Positions 1 through 55,532 of a DNA stretch of 55,532 nucleotides are shown here, piece after piece; the stretch's first letter is position 1; each line of letters begins with the position of its first letter. A program made the translations under genes and the position numbers. The stretch lies in contig JAQGDQ010001207.1 in NCBI GenBank assembly GCA_030141605.1, positions 1-55,532 on the forward strand. Direction: 5' to 3'. A model generated the notes under the pieces. It had not been told where the DNA came from and ran no database searches. It was given only the letters and a program-made list of their open reading frames with translations. The DNA comes from Tubiluchus corallicola (taxonomy: Eukaryota; Animalia; Priapulida).

Positions 1-369
1 GGTGGTACAACGACGTTTTACTGTATTTATTAGTTTTATGCCAACACCACTTTCTCTTTACTATGTAGAATGTTGATTTTAAATAGCAATTTGAGAGAAA
101 ATGTCGTAGAGTGTCAACTGTGCAAGTTCCTAGTAACAGCAGGTTAAAGATACTGACAATCTGTTTTATTCTGGTGGTGTGCCTTAGGGATCTGGTTTTG
201 CACCTTTATTATTTAGTATGTTTATCAGTGAGAAGATATTATGTTTTGTGCACTTCTCAACTTTAACTCTTTTGGTTTCTGAGCTAGAAAATTTATAAAA
301 GTCTTCTCTTCTCAGTTTCACAGCTTTGTGTTTGTGTGTGATAAAAGGGGCTTTTCCTTTTTTTGTCTT

Positions 370-1020
370 TTGGGTAAATTATTTGCATGCTTGCATAACG
401 AAATCATCCATAAGTCGGCAGTTTAGTTTTTCTAATTATTTACATATCCTGAATCTGCATTTCATGAGGATCATTTTGATACCAAGCTCATCTCTTTATG
501 TTATTTCTAAGCTGAGATAATCCACATTGAAGTTGAGATGCAGGCTGCGCACTGAAAAACAACCTTGAAAAAAATCACTGTTAAAGTCAGCCATTGTTTT
601 TTGTCGCGTTTCTACAAAACTCTTAGCAACCGCATGAATGTTGGTTGCTACGGACTTTGCAATGAACACGTTGAAGTTGTGTTTAAATCCAGTAGATGGC
701 TCTTCCTGACGAAGATCTGGGCTTGGTAACAGAAAAAACCACGAAGCAAAATGACTGCTTCCATGAGCTATAATCGGAGTTTGAAAATACAAGTTTTTTA
801 CAATTGCAGTGCTAGTTTCTAGACAGAAAAGTGGGTTTGGGATTATAAAATTAAATTTTTAGTATTTTTTGAACATTTTCTTGATCTAGATTCTTTAATG
901 TTAGAATATAGAAGTCCAATATATTTAGCGGTGGTTTTTATAAAGTACGAAAAATTAGCATTTGACCAAATTTTTGGTGTTTTCGACTTTCAAGCATCAT
1001 TGCCAATTTAAGGACGGTTT
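370..1020. mobile_element. Dispersed repeat family A, copy 1 (probable non-autonomous DNA transposon)
   Basis: Reverse-complement similarity to 2477-3040, e.g. catttcatgaggatcattttgataccaag vs cttggtatcaaaatgatcctcatgaaatg. Confidence 0.7.
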
Positions 1021-1096
1021 TCGTTTGCAACAGACAAATGTATTTTAACTTTCTGACATGTTTACCAAAAATAACATGCGTTTGTTTATTCCGCAG

Positions 1097-1183
1097 GTAC
1101 GTTCGGAATGTGGAACATCTACATTTTCACGTTGCTCTTCCTCTACGCTCCGAGTCATAAGTTTGCTGTCCCGCTTTCTTCTG
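1097..1183 (+). CDS. WLS: WLS penultimate coding exon
   Basis: ccgcag|GT ACG TTC GGA ATG TGG...TCT G|gtgagt; TFGMWNIYIFTLLFLYAPSHKFAVPLSS. Confidence 0.93.
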
Positions 1184-2399
1184 GTGAGTTCGTTTTTGGT
1201 ACATTTGGTAAATTTTCTGCTTTTCTTTCATATCGTTAGCTTTTAGTGCAAACAGAAAAGTGTCTTAATAGGAGTATGTGTGGAGATCGTTCAAACATTA
1301 GGATTACATTTCGCAGACTGCCGAGTAGTGCTGCCTCCTATTAATGGATTTTATCGTAAGTCGGCTGGCCGTGACGTTCGACTAAGCGCTTGATCATAAA
1401 TTAACATAATCGATGATTGCTTAATACAGTCATACCTCTGTTGCCGAATGTCTCCGTACTCGTACAAATTAATTTTAGTTTGTGATGTCATCAGTAGTTG
1501 GGCTCGCCCGCCGTTAATCAAGTTTTTAATCTATTATTTAATTATCAGAAAGGCTTTTGCAGTATTAATTGTGTTAAAATGTAAACTTTTTATCGGACTT
1601 GAAAATGCGGTAGTATACGAAAAAATCATCCTGTCTTCGTTTTGCTTAAATTGCCGACGATCAACGTGGCTTACGACAGGGTTCAATATGGGGTATCTTT
1701 ACGCTGAAGCAGAGTGGCTTACGGCAGGGTTCAATGTGGGCTATCTTTACGCTGAAGCAGAGTGGCTTACGGCAGGGTTCAATATGGGATATCTTTACGC
1801 TGAAGCAGAGTGGCTTACGGCAGAGTTCAATATGGGATATCTTTACGCTGAAGCAGAGTGGCTTACGGCAGGGTTCAATATGGGATATCTTTACGCTGAA
1901 GCAGAGTGGCTTACGGCAGGGTTCAATGTGGGATATCTTTACGCTGAAGCAGAGTGGCTTATGGCGGGGTTCAATATGGGATATCTTGCCACCTTGAGGT
2001 CTAGGAGCGAGACAGGCAGTGAATATTCTAATATAATATATTACACGAATACAACTCTATAGTGTCATGATTGATCACCAGTCGATCGTCGATTCTGATG
2101 GTGGTCAGTGATCGATCTTAGAAACAAGAACGATTCTCCACACTACTGTCCAGTCTGTGTAGATCTTTTTAATGAACGCACCCCCCAGAAATGAGATGCA
2201 AATGTTGACCACAGGTCATCTTTAGCGACACTTTTTTCAAATGTCCACATTTCGATTCATTGTTAACATCCCCAATGTTGTCAACGTTGCAGCTGATGCT
2301 GATGGCAACGAGGAGATAGAGTTCGCCCGATTGACCACTCAACTGACCACGGAGGCATCTCATCTCACGGCATTCGCAAAGAAGTCAGCGGCCGATTAG
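1097..2399 (+). CDS. WLS: Wntless (WLS/GPR177/Evi), 3' end of gene: last two coding exons 1097-1183 and 2293-2399 (5' partial)
   Basis: Spliced translation (G)TFGMWNIYIFTLLFLYAPSHKFAVPLSS-A-DADGNEEIEFARLTTQLTTEASHLTAFAKKSAAD* matches the conserved Wntless last TM motif (YGMWNxY..LxFLYAPSHK) and the invertebrate-type tail (EEIEF...LTxFxxKxAxD). AG/GT boundaries are canonical and the phase-1 junction is consistent. Confidence 0.93.
1666..1987. repeat. 48-bp minisatellite, about 6.7 copies, in last WLS intron
   Basis: Unit gtggcttacggcagggttcaatatgggatatctttacgctgaagcaga. Confidence 0.95.
2293..2399 (+). CDS. WLS: WLS terminal coding exon
   Basis: ttgcag|CT GAT GCT...GAT TAG; DADGNEEIEFARLTTQLTTEASHLTAFAKKSAAD*. 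Confidence 0.88.
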
Positions 2400-2476
2400 A
2401 GTGGTAATCAGCGAAGTGGACGTAGCTTGGTTAGCCAGTTCCGTGGTAAAAGATATATGTGTGTGCTTGCAAACCA

Positions 2477-3040
2477 AAACCGTCCATAAGTGGGCAGAAT
2501 TAAAACTTCAAAGTAGGAAGCATCAAAAATTTGCTCAAATGTTTTTTTATAAAAACAAATGCTAAATATATTGGACTTCTGTATTCCAGCATGAAATTAT
2601 CAAGAAAATTATTAAAAATCTAATTTTATAACCCTGTACTCATTTTTCTGGCTAGAAACTAGTACTGCAATTGTAAAAAACTTGTATTTTCAAACTCTGA
2701 CTGTAGCTCATGGAAGCAGCCATTTTGATTCGGGATTTAAACATAACTACAATGTGCTCTTGTAAAATCCATAGCAACCCCACTTTCGTACGGTTGCTAA
2801 GTGTTTTGTAGAAATGCGACAAGAAACAATGGCTGACTTTAAGTGATTTTCTCAAGATTATGTTTTTCAATGCGTAGCCTGCATCTCAACTTCAATCTCA
2901 GCTTAGGAATAACATGAGCGATGAACTTGGTATCAAAATGATCCTCATGAAATGGAGATTCAGGATGTGAACAACTAGAAAAACTTAATTACCAACTTAT
3001 GGACGATTTTGCTGTGCAAGCACACATAATTTACTCCACA
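2477..3040. mobile_element. Dispersed repeat family A, copy 2 (inverted relative to copy 1)
   Basis: Colinear reverse-complement match to 370-1020. Confidence 0.7.
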
Positions 3041-3545
3041 TGCGTTTACCATTTGTACATACGTGTCAAACGAGGCTGTAAGATGTTATTATTTACAATG
3101 GATAATCAGGGGTTCACAAGAATAAATTCAGGGGTACATGATCAAACACTTAGTCCTTCAAGATCAAAATCCAAATTCTTTAAAATTGTGCAGCTTTTGT
3201 AATCATCATATTTATTATCTAATATCTATTCCGTATGTATTGTACTTGAGTTAATGAGTTATATGTATTTAATATCATATATTTAGAAAAGACAGGTGCA
3301 TATTACATATATTTTACATAGGCACGCTTATTGGCTGAAATTGTTCGAAATATTTGTAGAAATTTACATATTAAATGAAGTTTGATATTTAGACGACAAA
3401 TATTTATGTCCCATTTATAATCATGGACAAATAATTTATTTTGAATTGTTTTTTTATGAAACACTTTTTGGTACAAGTATATACAGTTTGTACAAATATA
3501 AATACGCCTTTTTACAGTTTTGTTGTGCGCATGCACAGTTGGCGT

Positions 3546-3766
3546 AGGTCAAAGGTTAAGTGTACCACAGCAGCACAAATCGTCACGTGATGTGTTGGTA
3601 AAGCAAAGCCATCTAATGCATCGGTTCAGTAACTTCAGTTGTTTTACGTAATTACTAGGTAAAGTTTTAGCTAACTGTTAAAACTGTTACTATTACAATA
3701 GCATGGACTGCAAGGCATTGTCAAGTGTACACAAACGCGTTGTCTGGTGCACTTAACCTTTGACCT
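3546..3766. mobile_element. MITE-like segment bounded by 22-bp inverted repeats
   Basis: aggtcaaaggttaagtgtacca (3546-3567) and tggtgcacttaacctttgacct (3745-3766); related sequence near 46890-46930 and in the 59-bp satellite. Confidence 0.6.
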
Positions 3767-6294
3767 TTTCACGATCATCATCAATCGCTGGAACTGTGAA
3801 AAGACCGAAAATGGGTAGTTTTTATCACATGAAGTGGAAAATGAACGACATTAGTTTTATAGAACGTGTTTAATGTATAATAACATAGATGACTCTTGTG
3901 CTACAGTGTTTCGTAAAACAATTTCGTGGTGTTAATGAATATAGTATTAATGATACTGGTTCCCGTCCTGTGAGCAGGGGAAGGACTACAGGCAAATTTC
4001 TTTATAACCCCCCCCCCCCCCATAACACCAACCTTGCTTAATACCCAAATTTTGGGCAAAACAAAATGTCTATATAGATTTGGCGTCTATATATATGTGG
4101 CAAAACATCGGTTAATACACCTTGTTAAATGCCAAATTCGCCGCGTAACGCCAAACTCTGCAATCCAAGAGTAGGTGGGATAGAGAACGCTTGACTGTGT
4201 CTTCAAACAGGATTAGCTGTTTTATTCAGTCTCGTTTTTTGTTCAAAATATTAGCAATCCTGTCTCAGTTGCTAGAGGTGAGCACTCAACCGCTACCGTA
4301 ACTAAGGACTGAATTTTGCTGGCGCCATCTAACGAGTAAAATGCGCAAAATCAAGTTGCAAACCTTCGTTGGAAAGAAGACCCAATTTCCTCTTATATAA
4401 ACCACCAAGAAACTGCATTTTCTTTCCGTTTCTGTGTAAAACTGAAATTTGCTTGTTTATTGAATTTGTCTATCGATAAAAATATGTTTCTCGGTCTACA
4501 CTCACGACAGGCACGTGTTGCAGTGAGCGAAACGGGAACTCGTTCTATTAATATATAGTTTACAATAAGCTTTTACATGAATCAAAGGTTGTTAATATGC
4601 AAACTATTGCTGTCGATTTTCGTCAGTACATAGAAAACCCGTATTTCAGTTTTTTGTGTGTATTGTATCTATTTACAACCATGTATCTGTATCATAGCAA
4701 CGTCTATGTCATGTGAGATTTTATCTAACATATTTGTAGCATTTATGTGCGATTTACATGCGTATTTATATAAGAAATGTTATTTACACCAATTACTGTG
4801 TTTGACTGTTATATTTAGTCATTTTGTACCATAGCATCTTGTCTTGAGTAGGAAAATCTAAAATTTTCTATAGAAGAACTCGATTTTTTAATGCTATCTT
4901 GCTTACGAATGATTGAGCTATGACTGCAATGACTGCCTAAAATTAACCTGCTGCTGCTTTAGCAAATTTCTAGGCATGTAATTTTAATGTTGTAGTTTGT
5001 AATTGTATTTTTAATATTTTTTTGCTTACTAAGAGCCTAAATTGTCACAGTTCAAGCTTGATCCATTCACGATAAGCACGTGACAACTAAGAACAAACTG
5101 TGTGAGGGGCAGTACTTTCTCTACCTGGACTTGGACATGTGTGCATGGCCGCATATGCACAACAGCTAAACATCGCGTTGCTGGAGCGCACTGTACTGGG
5201 CTGTGAAGCAAACAGTACCACCCTCACGTGCTCTGGTTCCGTACAAGTATGCAGAAAGAACTTAAGAAAACACTCATTATATTGAATATTATTGATAATA
5301 TTAAGTGAAACTAGGGGGTGCTGCAGTTCCACAGTACCTATACGCGAGCCACCACTGGTGATGCGTATTAACAAAGTTCACGGCTCACTTTCCATCATTT
5401 TGGTTTGTGAAAATTGGAAGCCATTTCTGTGTCTAAATTTCAGCTTGACAATTACAGCGGTGACATTAGAAAAGGAAGCACAGGTTTTGGGTGCACAACG
5501 TTTAGCTGAGGATTTGTTTCAGCTCTTCAAGACAACAATATTTCTTCTAAACAAGTTTTTAAGAGCTGAAAGAAATTCTCAACTAGATCCAAAGCAGAAT
5601 TTCCGATCAGCGAAAATTGTCACCGGAAGCTTGAAAACTCGCCATAATCGCCTAGGCAACGGCGGTTTCCAATATGCATATCGAGGCGTGACGAGCATTC
5701 GGACGACAACAATCACATTTGAGTGAATATGGATAATCCATCATGGATTGCAAGTGGATACGGATTACGTACACGTGGAGTCATATCTTTACTCTACAGT
5801 TGCAGCTGACGTAACTGATACTGTTGCCAGTTTGGTAACCTTCACAAAAGGATGGATTCCCGTACTGCCACAAGGTTTACCTTTCTAATAAAAGTTCAAA
5901 TCACAAGAAAAACTCGTAACACATTCCTTCAATATGTTTTAACAATTTTAAATATAAGAACTGCATTTTTATTAAGATTTAATTTAATTTTACAAAAAAA
6001 TTGCTGAAAAAAATACCACCACTCTGGCACACGTTCTAGACACAGACACGTTTTAAACTACGTCTAAAAATTTATAGTCAAATATTCTAGATCATCGTTA
6101 CAAAAGGTAAGATCTCGTGCGGCAGAGAGTTCGATATACAGCTTCGTTTAAATTAACTAAATTGAACGAACATGAATTCTTTACTATTCACAAACACTTA
6201 GTCAATGAATGACAACGATGCCGACCGCTTAACGCACAAAAACCAAAAAACAGAAACAGAATTATTATAGTGAAACGAAAACCGAAATGTGGTA

Positions 6295-7594
6295 CAGTAA
6301 GTCCTCGCTTAACGACTTCCCGTTTAGCGACGTTTCGCTTCAACCGTGCGGAACATTTCCTCGCTTAACGACTTCCCGTTTAGCGACGTTTCGCTTCAAC
6401 AGTGCGGAACATTTCCTCGCTTAATGACTCCCCGTTTAGCGACGTTTCGCTTCAACAGTGCGGAACATTTCCTCACTTAACAACTTCCCGTTTAGCGACG
6501 TTTCGCTTCAACAGCGCGGAACATTTCCTCACTTAACAACTTCCCGTTTAGCGACGTTTCGCTTCAACAGTGCAGAACATTTCCTTGCTTAACAACTTCC
6601 CGTTTAGCGACGTTTCGCTTCAACAGCGCGGAACATTTCCTTGCTTAACGACTTCCCGTTTAGCGACGTTTCGCTTCAACAGTGCGGAACATTTCCTCGC
6701 TTAACGACTCCCCGTTTAGCGACGTTTCGCTTCAACAGTGCGGAACATTTCCTCACTTAACGACTCCCCGTTTAGCGACGTTTCGCTTCAACAGTGCGGA
6801 ACATTTCCTCGCTTAACGACTCCCCGTTTAGCGACGTTTCGCTTCAACAGCGCGGAACATTTCCTCGCTTAACGACTCCCCGTTTAGCGACGTTTCGCTT
6901 CAACAGTGCGGAACATTTCCTTGCTTAACGACTTCCCGTTTAGCGACGTTTCGCTTCAACAGTGCGGAACATTTCCTTGCTTAACGACTCCCCGTTTAGC
7001 GACGTTTCGCTTCAACAGTGCGGAACATTTGACATCTTTTTCTTACTTAATGACGCACGTAACGACGATGACCTCACTACTCGAAATAGATCTCATAAGA
7101 CCTATGACTTTGCTTCTGCTGTTTGAGTACAGACATAACTAAATGATTACAAATTAGGCACTGTTCTATTCAGGAGAATCTCGGCTATCCAATAATGCTA
7201 TTTGTTTATGTAAACATTTATAAGTGATTTAATTGGATAAAATTAAGAAAAACACGCCTTTTCATTCCCTCCAACTTGAAAGTGATACTGCATATTGTTA
7301 CAGTGCAAACACTGCAGTTACTGAAATCTTTTTTCAATTTTTGTCAAAAATCGATTTTGAATTTGTCTAAGGTGAGCAAATGTATTTCATATATAATTTT
7401 GCAAAAAAAATCATTGTGTGAGGAGTAGAAACCAACAATTATCAAATATAATGTAATTGCTGCTTAGTTAGAGCAGTTTTTCGTGAACCCAGGCAAAATT
7501 CAGCAAATGCTTACGGTCCTGAAGGAATTAACAACATTTCGCTTAGCGTTGCATTTTGCCGGACACATTAGCGTCGTTAAGCGAGGACATACTA
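6295..7594. mobile_element. Tc1/mariner-superfamily (pogo/Tigger-like) non-autonomous element with TA target duplication
   Basis: ta|CAGTAAGTCCTCGCTTAACGAC ... GTCGTTAAGCGAGGACATACTA|ta, TIRs with 2 mismatches. Confidence 0.75.
6303..7030. repeat. 56-bp minisatellite, about 13 copies, inside the pogo-like element
   Basis: Unit cctcgcttaacgacttcccgtttagcgacgtttcgcttcaacagtgcggaacattt. Confidence 0.95.
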
Positions 7595-8074
7595 TACCAC
7601 CTAAACTAGAACAGAACTACTAATGCAGCAAATGCAAAAGGAGTTAACTTTGCTTTGCGTTGCATTTTGCTAAGCGAGGACTCACTGCACTTTCTCCCGT
7701 GTAATTGCACGCAATGAACAACAAACAAAAAGTAGGAAAAATGACGTCAGGGAAAAAAAACGGGAACTAAATTAACCGAACGAAGGAAAACTCACAGCGA
7801 CACACGCTCGTTGTCGCACAATTTCACGTCGAAGTAACGGAAAGAAAAGAAAATTACAAACTAAATAAACTTTAGTAACAAATGTTAAAACAGAGAACTA
7901 GAACTGATTCTAGTGATAAATAATCACAACCTAGTATAACTTTATTACCCTCCCTGCCCCGCCCATAATGGCTTTTGCTAAATATCTCCCAAATTCATTG
8001 ACAAAACCGAGATTTATATATATGTGTGGCAAATTTGAAAGTGACGCGAATGAGACTAAAGTCTGAATCGTGGG

Positions 8075-8408
8075 GACCGTAACTACGGCAACAAGAGGAA
8101 AGTTGTCATGGCCGTAACTATGGCAACAAGAGGAGAGTTGTCATGACCGTAACTACGGCAACAAGAGGAAAGTTGTCATGGCTGTAACTATGGCAACAAG
8201 AGGAGAGTTGTCATGACCGTAACTACGGCAACAAGAGGAAAGTTGTCATGACCGTAACTACGGCAACAAGAGGAAAGTTGTCATGGCTGTAACTATGGCA
8301 ACAAGAGGAAAGTTGTCATGACCGTAACTACGGCAACAAGAGGAGTTATCATGACCGTAACTATGGCAACAAGAGGAGAGTTGTCATGACCGTAACTATG
8401 GCAACAAG
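8075..8408. repeat. 35-bp minisatellite, about 9.5 copies
   Basis: Unit gaccgtaactacggcaacaagaggaaagttgtcat. Confidence 0.95.
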
Positions 8409-9304
8409 CAGACAGTCGATGCAGCTCGCCTGCAGCCGTTGGAAGAACTAGCGTCTATTATTGTCCACGCAAACATTGTCTTTAAATCAACCAGTCAAAA
8501 ATCGATACGGAGTAAGACCTACGCACGACACGGTTATTGTCAATTACGAACACTATGTACAGCATTTGTGCCACAAGCGGGGAAAATTATGACCGTTTTT
8601 CTAACGAAACTAGAAACTATCAGCTCAACTGTACTGCACGTGACACAAGACAGAGCGGAGAGTGATCTACGCGAGAATAAAAAAAACGGCACTCGTCTAA
8701 AACATCGCGAAAGGACGACGAAAGAGTAATACTAAAAATTGCATAGGCATTCAAACGGCGGCGGCGGCGGCGGCGGCAGAAAGCTAAAAACGCTGACGAT
8801 GGTAGTCATACTTACAGTCGAACTTTGCAAAAGTGTCTATTTACAACGTATGTGACATTTTTAAATAGAGAATGAAAAGTACATATTTACAATCGAGTGT
8901 CATATTCTCTGTACATCACGAACATGTGATTGTGTACACTATTTACACTGCATCTATAACGATTGTTGACGATAATTAGTATGTACAACGGTTATTATAC
9001 AAGCGTGGCGGGACGGGTCCGTCCTAATACGACCGCACTAAAGCGGGGTTTTGCACACAAACTAGGCCTTTGTTTCGACCGCAGAGTGGGAGATTCGAAC
9101 AGTTTGGGAGTCGGACCGTTTTCGCGTCCTCACAACGCAGGGACACGGCAACGGTACGCAAGAAACGCACTCGGTGCCGACGAGGGCGCCGTTGCCATGG
9201 CAACGCCTGCTCGACAGATGCCGTGCCAGTACAATTCCTGCGTCTTCTTCACTGTCGGACACGAGTCGATATAAATGCATTTCGCTCGGTGTGCCGCGTG
9301 TACG

Positions 9305-55092
<45,788 letters not shown>

Positions 55093-55164
55093 CTGTAATT
55101 AACCAAGTCGTAATTATCTTTGGTAAACAGATGAAAACGGAACAGGAAATGAAAACAAACTTTA

Positions 55165-55532
55165 CAGATTCTGTTCAAAGCATTATATACGTAGAGTAAA
55201 AAAACCATTTAAAATGAACAATGTTTGAACAATGAGCTTGAAAGATTCCTGTTCAAAACATTACATACGTAGAGTAAAAAAAAACATTTAAATTGAACAA
55301 TATTTGAACAATGAGCTTGAAAGATTCCTGTTCAAAACATTACATACATAGAGTAAAAAAACATTTAAATTGAACAACGTTTGAACAATGAGCTTGAAAG
55401 ATTCCTGTTCAAAACATTACATATGTAGAGTAAAAAAACATTTAAATTGAACAATATTTGAACAATGAGCTTGAAAGATTCCTGTTCAAAACATTACATA
55501 TGTAGAGTAAAAAAACATTTAAATTGAACAAC
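55165..55532. repeat. 77-79-bp tandem repeat, at least 4.7 copies, runs off window end
   Basis: gattcctgttcaaaacattacata...gaacaatgagcttgaaa recurs. Confidence 0.93.

Noticed and set aside
1-10. Possible end of the preceding WLS exon at the window start (ggtg|gtac)
   Set aside because: Too little sequence to verify the expected upstream peptide or donor.
1448-2062. 204-aa ORF with AEWLTAGFNMGYLYAE repeats
   Set aside because: Composed of a family B transposon fragment plus a 48-bp minisatellite inside the last WLS intron.
5292-5760. 144-aa ORF and a GC-richer patch in the WLS-NIPBL interval as a small gene or ncRNA
   Set aside because: No recognisable protein or RNA family, no ATG start and no convincing splice structure; cannot be supported without a database search.
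6303-7030. Regular repeat arrays (also 24240-24735 and 31400-33408) as CRISPR arrays
   Set aside because: Units are contiguous with no unique spacers, there are no cas genes, and the context is a spliced eukaryotic locus.

Overview
Eukaryotic (animal, probably invertebrate) AT-rich genomic DNA with two convergent, intron-rich genes. On the + strand, the last two coding exons of wntless (WLS) lie at 1097-1183 and 2293-2399. On the - strand is the 3' portion of the cohesin loader NIPBL/Nipped-B/Scc2. I traced 38 NIPBL coding exons by hand (9305-55092), all with GT-AG boundaries and consistent phases, giving about 1564 aa to the stop codon; the 5' part lies beyond the window. Roughly a third of the window is tandem repeat, with a different unit in nearly every large intron. 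Several non-autonomous transposon families are present (hAT-like with 6-bp or 8-bp TSD, pogo/Tigger-like, TTAA-bounded) plus an internally deleted RTE retroposon. The most unusual pattern is that at least four tandem duplications capture a real NIPBL splice site plus part of the exon, creating arrays of decoy or alternative donors and acceptors. Several other satellites visibly grew out of transposon sequences. The long ORFs in the ORF track are repeat artefacts. No prokaryotic systems or CRISPR arrays are present. Gene identities rest on my recall of homologous protein sequences, and repeat boundaries are approximate.
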